DNA from: a virus
Taxonomy: Duplodnaviria; Caudoviricetes
DNA length: 62,202 bases
Reading direction: 5' to 3' (one strand)
Virus record (IMG/VR): IMGVR_UViG_3300032516_000021
Location: 1 to 62,202 of that record
A model generated the notes under the pieces. That model did not search any database. It had not been told where the DNA came from and worked only from the letters and a program-made list of their open reading frames with translations. Each line of letters starts with the position of its first letter. Within the stretch, counting starts at the first letter, position 1. This document shows, one piece after another, positions 9,862 through 19,921 of the stretch. The translations under genes and the position numbers were made by a program.

Positions 9862-10406
9862 TATGTTTCCGCTTTCACTGAACTCGATCCAAAGGGATGG
9901 TTCGCTCCCGTATAAGCGCATTTGTGTTGAGTAGTTACAACACCGCCACCACCACCATTGAGATTGATATTGCCGGTTGCGGTGATGTCAATAGTTCCAT
10001 TTCCCTTTACTTCAATGATTCCACCGTTTACGGCTTTAATCGAAATACCGCGCGATTCCGTAAATGAGATATAATGTCCAGCAAGCGTCTTGAAAATCAG
10101 CACCTCTGCTGAACCTTGACTCGGTTTTCCTTTGCGCCCGCTCCAATGGTAGCCGAGGACAACCCAGTCACCAGACTCCAAGTGAGCGACAATAGCCTCG
10201 TCACCGACTTGAGGCACAGCGAAGAAACCATATCCGGCTCCAGCAAAAGGCATACAGGCGTGACACCACGGGGTGATGTTCATTCCCGCCACGTCCTCTC
10301 GAAATCCGATTAGCTGGATGCGAACGCGCCCGCGAGCTTGCTTGTCCTCGCAACCTGTTATGGGGTTCGCATCATCGATATCGTGAACTATGCCGTGATA
10401 TATCAT
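9861..10406 (-). CDS. Baseplate spike gpV/gp5 OB-fold protein
   Basis: GIVHDIDD...GRVRIQL...WCHACMPFAGAGYGFFAVPQVGDEAIVA; C-terminal H..C..TG..H tip motif. Confidence 0.9.
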   Translation of the reverse strand: MIYHGIVHDIDDANPITGCEDKQARGRVRIQLIGFREDVAGMNITPWCHACMPFAGAGYGFFAVPQVGDEAIVAHLESGDWVVLGYHWSGRKGKPSQGSAEVLIFKTLAGHYISFTESRGISIKAVNGGIIEVKGNGTIDITATGNINLNGGGGGVVTTQHKCAYTGANHPFGSSSVKAET

Positions 10407-11638
10407 TTGGGAATCTCACTGACGACGTAGCGGGCGACGTCGAACTTTGTATAGAAGCCCTTACCGGCCACGAAAGAATGCTTGACGCCGGTGATATTGT
10501 ATGACCCTGAGAATGCTTGTCCGAATGTCTTGAAAGTTCTCAGCCGGAAGTAATGCCGCTGTCCCGCGCGTAGGGGCACCCAGCCGTTCATCGTCACTTG
10601 TCCGGTTACCAGATCGCGCGCGCGGCGCTCAAGTTCCGCCTTGGCCAGAATGTTCGCCTCTTCGTCGGTCTTGGCGACTTCCCCCATGATGGTCAGTACT
10701 GGAATCGGCGACGACTCGATATAGATGCGCGTCAGGTTGCGCTCATCCTTGCGCAGTGCCATGCCGCCAAGTTGATCGGTGCCGTACCTTGCACCGGAGG
10801 CACTGGCCGAGCACCAAGACACGACCTTGACCGTCTCGCGTTGTCCTGGGGAGCGCAGTTCAGGCTCGAAACTATAGATCACCAAGCCCGATTCATCGTC
10901 GATGTCAGAGTCCAGCGGCGACAGGTAGAAATTCATGTGAAAAAACGTCCATGGGACAAAGAGGCCACCACCCGCAACGGACGTGTCGGCAAAGTAGTCG
11001 GGGTTCACAAAGTAGAAGGTATTCTCTTCCGAAGCGGCGCCGTACTTGAGGATGACCTGATAGCCTGTGCGCCCGGCGATAGTAGTCAAGACTTCGAAGT
11101 CCGTCTTGTCGGCAGCAAGCTCCGCCTCTTCGTCAGTAACCATGCGCTTCTCAAGCACATTGTCCGGATGTGAAATCACATAGTCGTCAATGATCGCTGG
11201 CAGTACCTTGCCCTTTTCGTCTTTGGGACGTTTGTTCCGCTCCAAAATATCACGCACGATTTGATTCCAGTTTTTCCCGTGTAGGAACGCCGGATTGCGC
11301 GGAGTCTTCATGCCAAAGCTGGCGTCATAGGCGGTCACTTCTACCTGTGCTGGTGAGTTAGCTTTGAATGCCGGACTGATGCTGACGATGCTCCCCTTGA
11401 AAATTGCTTCCTTCGCTCCGAACCAGCCGAGTGAGAACTTGACCGGCGTCCCGAACTTCAGGTCGTCAAAGGTGAGTGACATTTCATCACTGTCCCGGAT
11501 GATGAACCGGAAGCAGGACGTGTTGTTCATCTTCTCTTCAAAGCTGCATTCGGTGACGTCCAACTTCTGATCGTCTGTCAGTTTTATGCCACCGATTTCG
11601 ATGTCATAGTCGGCAGCGGAATTATCGATGTTAATCAT
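10403..11638 (-). CDS. Baseplate hub, gpD/VgrG-like late control protein
   Basis: LGWFG..IFKGSIVSISP..VTAYD, TDFEVL, FSGSYNITGVKHSF..GFYTKF; lies between LysM and spike genes. Confidence 0.85.
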   Translation of the reverse strand: MINIDNSAADYDIEIGGIKLTDDQKLDVTECSFEEKMNNTSCFRFIIRDSDEMSLTFDDLKFGTPVKFSLGWFGAKEAIFKGSIVSISPAFKANSPAQVEVTAYDASFGMKTPRNPAFLHGKNWNQIVRDILERNKRPKDEKGKVLPAIIDDYVISHPDNVLEKRMVTDEEAELAADKTDFEVLTTIAGRTGYQVILKYGAASEENTFYFVNPDYFADTSVAGGGLFVPWTFFHMNFYLSPLDSDIDDESGLVIYSFEPELRSPGQRETVKVVSWCSASASGARYGTDQLGGMALRKDERNLTRIYIESSPIPVLTIMGEVAKTDEEANILAKAELERRARDLVTGQVTMNGWVPLRAGQRHYFRLRTFKTFGQAFSGSYNITGVKHSFVAGKGFYTKFDVARYVVSEIPK

Positions 11639-11801
11639 GCTTGATCGTCAGTATTTGATTTGGGAGTGGGTAGAAGATGTTCATATCGGGGTTAGCCTCG
11701 ATGATTTTGAGATATCCGGCAAAGGCGTCGCCGTAAGTCCGCTCGGCGATCTGGTCGATGCGTTCGGCAGGTCTTACGATTATGCGTTGATCGTTCGCCA
11801 T
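11631..11801 (-). CDS. gpX-like LysM tail protein (56 aa)
   Basis: Manual translation MANDQRIIVRPAERIDQIAERTYGDAFAGYLKIIEANPDMNIFYPLPNQILTIKHD; below the ORF-track size cutoff. Confidence 0.85.
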   Translation of the reverse strand: MANDQRIIVRPAERIDQIAERTYGDAFAGYLKIIEANPDMNIFYPLPNQILTIKHD

Positions 11802-12319
11802 TCCTTGAATCCTATTCTGATAGTGGCGCGGCGCAGACGACCGTCAGGGAACCGATCTTCACCGCGAATGCCGATGAGTGTGATGCGTCCTTTATAAGAT
11901 GCGTCAGGGAGGTCGACCCACACCAGTGAAGGCCGGCGTTTGTCGAGTCGGATTGCCGCCCAACGCTTGATAACCGCGATCACATTCTCGATATTTATGA
12001 ATTTTCCGCCCCCTACATATTCACTGACTGGTGATAGGTTACAGTTGTTTTCAACATCCGGCGTGCCCGGGGCAACAATGAATTGCAGTGGCAACTCAAA
12101 CTGCGTTTGCCCAACGCCGAGAAACTGCGCGTGCGTCTCCGCCCTGCCGAGCCAAGCATCGTCAGCCCAGTTGTATTCGACCAGCGGTTCCGGTATCGGA
12201 TTGAATTGGAAGTGGAAATAGTGGTTATCATCGTCGTTGTAAAGCCGCCCGCGATGAACCTTCTGCGGCGTTGCCTTTGCAATGACGTTCCTGATCGGCA
12301 GGCGAATAGTGAGGGACAT
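11780..12319 (-). CDS. Tail tube initiator / CIS tube-like protein (gpU/Afp7-like)
   Basis: FHFQFNP...QFLGVG...PSLVWV...YKGRIT...RFPDGRLRRATIRIGFKEW; follows the tape measure gene. Confidence 0.75.
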   Translation of the reverse strand: MSLTIRLPIRNVIAKATPQKVHRGRLYNDDDNHYFHFQFNPIPEPLVEYNWADDAWLGRAETHAQFLGVGQTQFELPLQFIVAPGTPDVENNCNLSPVSEYVGGGKFINIENVIAVIKRWAAIRLDKRRPSLVWVDLPDASYKGRITLIGIRGEDRFPDGRLRRATIRIGFKEWRTINA

Positions 12320-14721
12320 TAGCGTTTGCCTTCGGCGCCACGTTCGACCTTCTGCCGCGCCCTCTTATCGATAATCGTGGCTGCCTTTTCCGCCGTGTCC
12401 GATGTCGCTTCCAAGAAGGTGAAGTAATTCGACTGATAGATCGTGCGAACGTCGGCGGGTTCTCCTGCAAGTGATTGAGTTCTCGCCGCTGTCGATTCTG
12501 CTGGCATACCACGCAGCAAGTCCGTGCGCTTTTCGTCTGACGTTTTTGGTCGACTGAACGAGGAATCTGCGTCAAGATTTTCCATCCAAGAACTCCGCAG
12601 CAAATCCATTCCAGAGAGTTGCTCTGTCTTCATATTCAGAAGCGCGCTCACCGCTGATTGAGCCAGAGTCGCCTTGTCTGATATCTGATCCAATAGGTCG
12701 ACCTGTGACATGAGGGAGACTGACAATGGGAATGCCCCGTTCGGATACTCACGAGCGGTGCCACCAAAGACATCCGCCATCGCTAATGCGTTAGAAACTT
12801 CTGCCGTCGGCGGGCCGATGAATTGATTTTGTAATCCCAGTTCACTCAGCGACTGCTTGCCGATATCTGCTGAAGACAATATCTCTTGGGCGAACACCGC
12901 CCAAGGGTTAGAGACGAATGCACCGCCCGCTTTCAGTGCACCAAATCCGGTTCCGGCCAACTTCGCTCCGATGCTCTTACCGAATGCACCAGATTTGAAA
13001 ATCGCTCCACCGAGATTCTCGCCGAAGGCCAATTGCAAAGTCTTTTCGAGTTTTGAGGGAATTTTGCCTAAGCCACCCGTTATGATTTCGGCAGTGGATT
13101 TCATTAGGGGGCGTCCGAACTGATCGACAATAGGACTCTGTTCTCCGAGGACGGATTTCAATGTCGCCAGATCAACTTCCGAAAGCACTCCGCCTGCCAC
13201 CTGCCCACCAGTACGTCCCAGAAGACCCTTGATGGCCTTGCTGCCTTTTTTGACGCCATAGATGCTTCCGGCAGTAGCGGTGCCGATCATAGCACCGGTG
13301 CCGATCCATGAAGCGGCTGTTGCACCCTTCGGATTCTTTTCCATCCATCGTCCCAATCCACCAGCTGCATCATTGAGTGCCTTCAAAAAGAAGTTCAGTG
13401 CCGGTGTGAGTTCGTCGCCGATCTGATCTTTGAGGCCGCTAAACTGACCACCCAGTAAGGTGGCTTGGGCCGCCGCTTGTTCAACTTCTGTCTTAAAGAT
13501 GCTCTGAGTCAGGCCGGCACTGGCAACGAACTCAGCGCGAGCCTGTCGCATTTCATCGGCATGGCCGAGATACATGCCGAATGACGGCCCCAAGAGCTTC
13601 ATAATCAACCCAGCTGTCGTGACATCAATACCCAGTCCCTTTTTGGCGGCCTCTTCGGGAGTCTGCCCTTCCTTGAGCATTTGAATGTAGTCGGCTTGTT
13701 GCTGTTGACTGACACGAAGCCCGGCAGTTACCTGATCGACGATATCGGCAAGCGGTTTGAGCATACCAGCCGGAGTAGTTACCTTGAGATTGAGCAACCA
13801 TTTTGACTTTGCAGGGATTGCCTCCGTCTCTTGCGGATTCAGTCCGAGGATGTCACCCCATGTAATTGCCTGCCCTTTTTTGGCCGGTTGTTTCTTCATC
13901 TCCTTGACCAGATCGGGGTAGGCTGCAAGAGCCTCATAAGTTTGCTGAACAGCAGCCGCAGCCATTCGCGGCATAGCCGTTTGTCTCGCAATGGGAGCGA
14001 TCGCAGAGAGCATGTCATAGAAGTCAGCACCATAAATGGAGGCATTCTTAGCGGCCCTGACCAAGATGTCGCCCGTTTCACCGATATCGAGTTTGTAGCT
14101 CTTGGCTTTGGCAAAGGCGTCCGCAATCGCCCAAATCTTTTCTTCGTCTGTTTTGCCGGGCAAGGAATTGCGGAACTTATAGAGTGAAGTGGCTGCGACC
14201 TGCATAGCTTGGGCGAAATCACCCGTTTGCGTGCCGATAAATGCGAGTTTGGCTATCGGTTCGAATGCGTCAAGATACACACCTTTGAAGGCACCACGCA
14301 TGTCGCCCGCAGCCGACTCCATTTTGTCGAGCATCCCGGGCACTTGCCGGTTGACTTCGTGGATACGGCGTTGGGCTTCGGATACCTTTTCAGTTGCGAC
14401 TTCGCCGGGAAATCCCTGTGCCATTGTCACGGTCATTAGGTCACGCAATTGCCGCTCAGATTCGAGTGCCTCTTTGATAATCGCCTTCACCGGCATCAAT
14501 GCGGCCGCTCCACCAAAGGCAGCAAAACCCGCCTTGACAAGTCCGGCAAGATTGCCAGCATGAGTGCCCAGTTGCGTCACCTGAGTGCCGAAGGATTTGG
14601 TCAGGCCTTCAGTGTCCGTCCGGAGCCCCTGAATATGACCCCTGGCACTGGCAACCTCGCGCGAAGTCTGATCAGTAAATTTGAGGAGAAACCCCAGTCC
14701 GAGTTCTCTAATCATGTCCAT
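12319..14721 (-). CDS. Tail tape measure protein
   Basis: 800 aa, Ala/Gly-rich helical; LGLGFLLKFTD N-terminus, GMLKPLADIV, IGDELTPAL; follows the chaperone genes. Confidence 0.9.
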   Translation of the reverse strand: MDMIRELGLGFLLKFTDQTSREVASARGHIQGLRTDTEGLTKSFGTQVTQLGTHAGNLAGLVKAGFAAFGGAAALMPVKAIIKEALESERQLRDLMTVTMAQGFPGEVATEKVSEAQRRIHEVNRQVPGMLDKMESAAGDMRGAFKGVYLDAFEPIAKLAFIGTQTGDFAQAMQVAATSLYKFRNSLPGKTDEEKIWAIADAFAKAKSYKLDIGETGDILVRAAKNASIYGADFYDMLSAIAPIARQTAMPRMAAAAVQQTYEALAAYPDLVKEMKKQPAKKGQAITWGDILGLNPQETEAIPAKSKWLLNLKVTTPAGMLKPLADIVDQVTAGLRVSQQQQADYIQMLKEGQTPEEAAKKGLGIDVTTAGLIMKLLGPSFGMYLGHADEMRQARAEFVASAGLTQSIFKTEVEQAAAQATLLGGQFSGLKDQIGDELTPALNFFLKALNDAAGGLGRWMEKNPKGATAASWIGTGAMIGTATAGSIYGVKKGSKAIKGLLGRTGGQVAGGVLSEVDLATLKSVLGEQSPIVDQFGRPLMKSTAEIITGGLGKIPSKLEKTLQLAFGENLGGAIFKSGAFGKSIGAKLAGTGFGALKAGGAFVSNPWAVFAQEILSSADIGKQSLSELGLQNQFIGPPTAEVSNALAMADVFGGTAREYPNGAFPLSVSLMSQVDLLDQISDKATLAQSAVSALLNMKTEQLSGMDLLRSSWMENLDADSSFSRPKTSDEKRTDLLRGMPAESTAARTQSLAGEPADVRTIYQSNYFTFLEATSDTAEKAATIIDKRARQKVERGAEGKR

Positions 14722-14724
14722 CTA

Positions 14725-14928
14725 TCAGCCTGCCGGTTTCCTTTTGAGCATTGCAACATGACGCATGCAACTATCATGGCGATCAGCGTGATTCATTTGT
14801 AATATCTCTGTCCGCGTAAATCCTGTGTGTTCGGCCAAGAAGGTTTCCTGTTCTTTGTAGCTTTTCCAATCATACCACGACGATGTTATCAGCTTGCCGA
14901 CTGTTCCGTCGGCGCCTGTGGTTCCCCC
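14725..14928 (-). CDS. Tail assembly chaperone C-terminal extension (gpT/gpE-like) reached by -1 frameshift
   Basis: GGGGGAA at 14928..14922; the -1 frame stays open as GTTGADG...FLAEHTGFTRTEILQMNHADRHD...KPAG to TGA at 14727..14725, just before the tape measure ATG. Confidence 0.7.
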   Translation of the reverse strand, partial: GGTTGADGTVGKLITSSWYDWKSYKEQETFLAEHTGFTRTEILQMNHADRHDSCMRHVAMLKRKPAG

Positions 14929-15389
14929 AAGGCTGCTTTGACCTTATCCGCAAACATGTCTTGCGTCTCCTGACTTACGGACATGTCAGTCATGACCTGA
15001 AGGACAACCTCAACGGGGATCAACATGGATGAACCGGTTCTGTGATAGGCGATCATCATTCCGATATCGCGTGAACTTAGTTTTAGCAACACCAGCCCCA
15101 TTAGCGGGCCGCGCTCAACCTCCCCTATCCTGTCAACAATCAACTTGAGCAGTTCTATGTGGTATTCCTGGAATTCCGTGAGTGCAAGTAATTGACCTGC
15201 TGGATTTTTCGATGATAGTGTACGAGAACTCTGTTCAAGTTTGAGAACTATGGCATTCGACTTGAGCTTTATCTGCTCTTCCATCGTCATCCGGTGCATC
15301 ACAACGGACTTGTGCACCTTCTTAGTCGCCGGATCGACGTAGCCGTCCAGCAACTCAAATGTGATCGGTTCCATTTCTTTGCCTTTCAA
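14889..15389 (-). CDS. Tail assembly chaperone
   Basis: FELLDGYVD....VHKSVVMHRMT...LSSRD; lies between tube and tape measure genes. Confidence 0.8.
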   Translation of the reverse strand: MKGKEMEPITFELLDGYVDPATKKVHKSVVMHRMTMEEQIKLKSNAIVLKLEQSSRTLSSKNPAGQLLALTEFQEYHIELLKLIVDRIGEVERGPLMGLVLLKLSSRDIGMMIAYHRTGSSMLIPVEVVLQVMTDMSVSQETQDMFADKVKAALGEPQAPTEQSAS

Positions 15390-15952
15390 AACGAGAGAGT
15401 CGGGACGTCGATTGAGATAGTCGCTGTTCCCAGCGGCGCGTCCTCGATTGATTCATAGATTAGTTGAATGCGTTCGAATGCTAACCCGGACTCGTTAGAG
15501 TTCAGGTCGTCAAGTCGCCAATCAGTCGGCCAAGCGTTGTAGATATCCCAACCACGAACGGCAATGGCGGTATCGACAGAGACTCCGATACCTGCCGCGC
15601 GCGCCGTGCGCGCGACTACGTGCTCCATAAGGTAAATTGACAGGTGCTTGCGATAGTCTGGTCTGCCCGGTCGCCAACCTTCTACATCCTTGATCCACTT
15701 GAATAATGCACCGAAGAAATCGACGCCGCGGACCAGCGTCAGTGGCTTGTTTTCTACCTTGTTGGGGAACTGGAAATCATGAGCGCTGCCGGGTTCGGGG
15801 ATAGCGAAGGGTGGGATACCAACCCCAAGGCCGATGACTTCCTGAAAACCCGCCTGGGTGATTTCTTCGTGGCCGTCAAGGGATATGAGAAAGGCGAATT
15901 TCTTGATCTTAAAATTCGCCAGTTTCTCGGCGAGTCCGCTGAATGTGGGCAT
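15386..15952 (-). CDS. Second T4 gp19-like tail tube protein (Afp5-like)
   Basis: AGFQEVIGL, LTLVRGV, W..YNAWPTDW..DLNS..LAFERIQL. Confidence 0.85.
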   Translation of the reverse strand: MPTFSGLAEKLANFKIKKFAFLISLDGHEEITQAGFQEVIGLGVGIPPFAIPEPGSAHDFQFPNKVENKPLTLVRGVDFFGALFKWIKDVEGWRPGRPDYRKHLSIYLMEHVVARTARAAGIGVSVDTAIAVRGWDIYNAWPTDWRLDDLNSNESGLAFERIQLIYESIEDAPLGTATISIDVPTLSF

Positions 15953-16398
15953 TAGACCGCTATGGAAGTGACCTTGGGCGCGGTGATAGTGAACTCAAAG
16001 CGTGCCTTGTCCTCGGCGTTGGCGTCGGTCTTGGGCGCTTTGAACTTGGAACAAATACCGTTCTCGAAGACTTCGCGGTGGAAGACGACGCCGGTCTGGT
16101 GATCCACGTAGTCAATCCGGCCACCACGCTTGTCCTGATCGCCCGCCTCGTACCAGTCGGCGAACAATTGGATCGCACTGTTGTCTTCGACGCGGGCGAC
16201 TTTGCCGATTACGATTGTCTGTGCGGCACGCAATCCCTTACTCTGTGTTTTCGTATCGTCATCCGTACCGGTACGGTTTTCGATCACGGTATAAGACGCC
16301 TCCGAGATATCGCAATCCTCAAAGGTGCCTATACTAATGCCGTCGATTTCGAGCAAGAACTTCGTCGTCAACCGGGCATTCTTAGTTACATCTGCCAT
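15952..16398 (-). CDS. Tail tube protein (gp19-like)
   Basis: FLLEIDGI..GTFE..IENRTG..KRGGRI..SKFKAPKTDA; directly after the sheath gene. Confidence 0.85.
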   Translation of the reverse strand: MADVTKNARLTTKFLLEIDGISIGTFEDCDISEASYTVIENRTGTDDDTKTQSKGLRAAQTIVIGKVARVEDNSAIQLFADWYEAGDQDKRGGRIDYVDHQTGVVFHREVFENGICSKFKAPKTDANAEDKARFEFTITAPKVTSIAV

Positions 16399-16431
16399 TG
16401 ATCTATTCTCCTGTAAGTGAATGATTCGAAG

Positions 16432-18150
16432 TTAGGCGGCTACCGCGGTGGTGATGCCAGCCGGAGACGAAGTCACGGTAAAGACGATCTTCTCGGCCAC
16501 ACCGGCAGGCTGATACTCGATCCAGCAATTGAGATAGCCGAGTGCAACCTGTTCGCTGGGGTTATTGCTGTCATCGCATTTGATCGAGTAGGCGATGATT
16601 CCGCCCTCTTTGACCTTCTCGTTGAAGTAAGCCACAATCTTGCGTACCAGCTTCGCGCGCGTCTCGGCATTGTTCGGTTCAAACGTCACGTTGCCGATTT
16701 CGCTCTTGAGCGTCCGCGAGATATCGTTGAACTGCTCGGAGTGATTGATAAACCGGAAGTTGGTTGTGGCAGAGCGCGTGCGGCCGCCCCAAGTACGCAA
16801 GCCCTGGCTGGCGATGATCGTGTTTACACCGGCGTCGTTGGCGGTTTCTTCTTCAGTACGAAGCAAGCCGCGCTCAAGGTCGGTGCCATAGCCGATGGGC
16901 TCATTGCCGATGCTCTTGTAGATACCGCGATCTCGATCTTTCTTGGCGGCGGTTCCGAGCACCGGACCGACTGGCGGCACCCAAACGGTAGCACCATTGT
17001 CGGTGATCTTAACCCACGGATACCAGATGCAAAGACGGCGCCCTTCAAAGTTGCCGACGAACGTCACGGCCTCAGCGACGGTCTTGCCATAAGGCACGTG
17101 CGCATAGACCTCAATGTCCTGTTGCGTGTTGGCGAAATTGAGCAACGCCTGTACGACCTCGATGTACCCGGCGTCTGCCGACGTCAGAATCTTCGGATTC
17201 GGGCAACCGATGCGGAACAGGTTAGGCACGGCGGCGAAAGCATAGATGCCAGTCGCGCTGCCAGCGGAACCCGTCCAGTGCGCCTTCTCGATGTTGGCAG
17301 TATCGTCAGCACCGGCGACGGTAGTCAACGCAGTCGGGGCGGAAGTCACGGCGGGCATAGTCAGATAGTTTGTGGACAGAGCATTATAGCCCGTCGCATC
17401 CAAGTCGACTACCTCGATGTAATTGGAGTTGTCGCTAATGACTTTCTCGCAGAAAAATGAGACGCTATCGTTCATCGACAGCCCTTCCCAGCGCTCGACT
17501 TCGACTGATCCCTCGTAAACGATGATCTTGAATTCGAGTGAGGAGATAACGCCGTTGACGGTAGTGTAGGCGTAGGTCAGACCGACAACCCACTGAACGA
17601 CGTTAGTCGTATGATTGACCGCCGTCAGTTCCCGATATTCGGTATTGGTGCCGTTGTAGAACTTCAGGAACGTTCCGACTTCCATGCCGGTCGTCGACCT
17701 AAGCGTCGCACTGATTGCGGTAGTAGTCGGGATATTCACTGTCGGCGCCGTCACAATCACGTTCTGATCGAGCACTTCGACAGTCAGGTTGTTGCCCCAA
17801 GCGCCTTCGGAGCGGGCTTGAATCCTCAGCGTACTTGCCGGTGATCCGGCTTTGTCCACCACGGTCAAGTATGCCTTCGCGGCAGCCGGGCCTTTGACAT
17901 TAATTACGGCAAGCGGTGCTTCACCGACAGCGGAGTAGAAACCCTGTACGTCATAGTAAGACGTGATGCCGGTAAGCGGGAACGCGCCGAACGTGCGTTC
18001 AAACTCGGCCATGTTGTTGACCACGATAGCTTTATTGAGCACCCCTTTCCAGAAGGTGCCCATAATGCCCGTGACCGTTTGCGAGGAACCGTCCACCGGC
18101 GACAGACCCTGTCCCTCGATGATATTCACACCCTTGTTGAAGGTAGCCAT
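16432..18150 (-). CDS. Contractile tail sheath protein
   Basis: GVNIIE, ARSEGAWGN, WYPWV, VPPVG, GVNTI..GLRTWGGRT, FEPNNAETR, PAGVAEKIVF. Confidence 0.96.
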   Translation of the reverse strand: MATFNKGVNIIEGQGLSPVDGSSQTVTGIMGTFWKGVLNKAIVVNNMAEFERTFGAFPLTGITSYYDVQGFYSAVGEAPLAVINVKGPAAAKAYLTVVDKAGSPASTLRIQARSEGAWGNNLTVEVLDQNVIVTAPTVNIPTTTAISATLRSTTGMEVGTFLKFYNGTNTEYRELTAVNHTTNVVQWVVGLTYAYTTVNGVISSLEFKIIVYEGSVEVERWEGLSMNDSVSFFCEKVISDNSNYIEVVDLDATGYNALSTNYLTMPAVTSAPTALTTVAGADDTANIEKAHWTGSAGSATGIYAFAAVPNLFRIGCPNPKILTSADAGYIEVVQALLNFANTQQDIEVYAHVPYGKTVAEAVTFVGNFEGRRLCIWYPWVKITDNGATVWVPPVGPVLGTAAKKDRDRGIYKSIGNEPIGYGTDLERGLLRTEEETANDAGVNTIIASQGLRTWGGRTRSATTNFRFINHSEQFNDISRTLKSEIGNVTFEPNNAETRAKLVRKIVAYFNEKVKEGGIIAYSIKCDDSNNPSEQVALGYLNCWIEYQPAGVAEKIVFTVTSSPAGITTAVAA

Positions 18151-18219
18151 GCTTTGCTCCTATTGTGAGATTGTTGGATTTGCAATTTTGGGGATATTGG
18201 ACTTGCGTCAGTGGCCGGA

Positions 18220-18432
18220 TTACGGTTCGACTTTGGCGGTCTTTGCCTTGGGCGCGGGCGGCTCGACTACGGCTCCGGCGACCGAGACTTCGTCTATCAT
18301 GACGGCGCCAAGTCGCTCAAGTCGCTTGAGATCGTCAGGCGCGGCGGGCACGACAAGAGATTCGCCGTGTTGCAAGAGCGTGCCATCAATCTTGATCCAC
18401 GTTGACAGCAGGTTCGTGATTTTGTAAGCCAT
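18220..18432 (-). CDS. Small hypothetical tail-associated protein
   Basis: 70 aa between tail terminator and sheath genes; AAGGA RBS. Confidence 0.65.
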   Translation of the reverse strand: MAYKITNLLSTWIKIDGTLLQHGESLVVPAAPDDLKRLERLGAVMIDEVSVAGAVVEPPAPKAKTAKVEP

Positions 18433-18433
18433 A

Positions 18434-19000
18434 TTATATTTCCTTTGGGACGGTAACTGTTTCGTCGTTGATATCGAAAATGGTGTGGAGTACCAAGTAT
18501 TCAGTCTCGGCGGCGTGCGCGTCAGTCAGCCATAGCGGCACCGAGAAGCGGTAGACCTTGGCGAAACCATCGGCGGTTAGATCATCCTGATTATCGCCGC
18601 CCTCATAGCGGGGATAGTAGGTCTCCAACAGCGGCGTGATGATTTCTTTTCCCGATGCAAAGAACCGGATGATGTCTTGCTGAAGCTGCCAGTCCTCGGT
18701 ATGCGTGCGCGTGAAGGTATGTAGCTGAATGAATAGGCGGAACGGCAGCGGGGGATAGGTCAGAGTCGCCGTGTTATCGAGATTTCTCGTGACGATGTAT
18801 TTCCTGCCGGACGTGTCGTTGTCGGGATCGGGGCGCAAGTCAAGTGCCGAGATTACAACCGACAAGAGCGCGACTTCCGTGTCATCAACAAGGCGATCAT
18901 CAGGATGACCGACGACGATCTTGTCGGCGGTCAATCCCGTAATGGAAGAGGCCAAGGATGTTTTCAACCCGGCGATGAAGTCTTCTGTGCGTGAGGTCAT
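18434..19000 (-). CDS. Tail terminator/completion protein (Pvc16-like)
   Basis: Position in neck module; PPLPFRLFIQLHTFTR..ED.QL..IIRFF. Confidence 0.65.
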   Translation of the reverse strand: MTSRTEDFIAGLKTSLASSITGLTADKIVVGHPDDRLVDDTEVALLSVVISALDLRPDPDNDTSGRKYIVTRNLDNTATLTYPPLPFRLFIQLHTFTRTHTEDWQLQQDIIRFFASGKEIITPLLETYYPRYEGGDNQDDLTADGFAKVYRFSVPLWLTDAHAAETEYLVLHTIFDINDETVTVPKEI

Positions 19001-19497
19001 TCAGTGCAGTCGATAATTACTTGTCTAAGTGCTTCAATCCATGCTTGTCGCAAATGAGGCTCGATAGCCAGAATAGTCGGACGCAGATACGAGCGCGCGG
19101 GGATATGCAGCAGATATGATTTGCCGGTCTTGGAATTCGTCACCATGCCGTAGAATCCGAATTCATGAACGCGGGCGATGTTGACGAGTGATGATTTGTC
19201 GCTTTTCCTCTGCGCAGTCCTGAGTATGCCGACGAATACAGAGAAGGGATTGACCAGTTGATGCGTGATCGAGTTTATCAGGTCGCCATGGTCGATCAGC
19301 ATCTTGCTGCTGCCCTTGCGCTTGATCGTGGCAGCTTTTAGCGGCGGCCATTGTGGCGGCTGATTACGGATGTATTTCTTTACGGAATCAGCGGCAACAA
19401 TGCCAGCCTTTCGCGTCTGTTGCTTGGCTTCGCGCTGGAGTATCGAGGTGAACTTTGCCAGCGCCCCGACGCCCTTGCCCCAGTCGCCGGTCATCAT
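18997..19497 (-). CDS. Virion morphogenesis / tail completion protein
   Basis: WPPLKAATIKRKGSSKMLIDHGDLINSI...IARVHEFG...IPARSYLRP. Confidence 0.88.
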   Translation of the reverse strand: MMTGDWGKGVGALAKFTSILQREAKQQTRKAGIVAADSVKKYIRNQPPQWPPLKAATIKRKGSSKMLIDHGDLINSITHQLVNPFSVFVGILRTAQRKSDKSSLVNIARVHEFGFYGMVTNSKTGKSYLLHIPARSYLRPTILAIEPHLRQAWIEALRQVIIDCTE

Positions 19498-19501
19498 TCC
19501 C

Positions 19502-19921
19502 TTAGCGATTTCGTTTGCCTCCGACCTTGCGCGTGATAGCGACTTCGAGTGTCAGGAATTCATCGCCCGACTGTTGCGCCTGTGCAACCTTGGTGACATA
19601 GTAGGGCATGGTATCATTGATGAAGAACCGCCCCGCACTATCGACAACGGCATTCATTTGTGCGCATTCCTCTATGAGCAGCGTCAGCAGTGCGACAACA
19701 TCTTCACTCAAGCCTAACCGTTGCCGCGTCGCTTCACTCGGCGAGTATTCTATCAGCGCGTGCAGGCTTATCGACGTGGGATAGCAGGCTTCGGAGTCGA
19801 TGACTTCTTTAGTCAGTGCATTGACGTTGCCGGACGTTTCGACAAAGGGCTGATACGTGACCAGCGTGCCAATTTGCTTTAGCAATGCGGCCTGATTTGC
19901 TGCAAGGCGGGCGGTAGCCAT
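19502..19921 (-). CDS. Head closure/stopper-like protein
   Basis: Size, beta-rich pattern and synteny in the neck module. Confidence 0.55.
   Translation of the reverse strand: MATARLAANQAALLKQIGTLVTYQPFVETSGNVNALTKEVIDSEACYPTSISLHALIEYSPSEATRQRLGLSEDVVALLTLLIEECAQMNAVVDSAGRFFINDTMPYYVTKVAQAQQSGDEFLTLEVAITRKVGGKRNR

Noticed and set aside
16417-17460. 347-aa plus-strand ORF, and the many other plus-strand ORFs in the track
   Set aside because: Fully overlap well-supported minus-strand genes and show no recognisable motifs.
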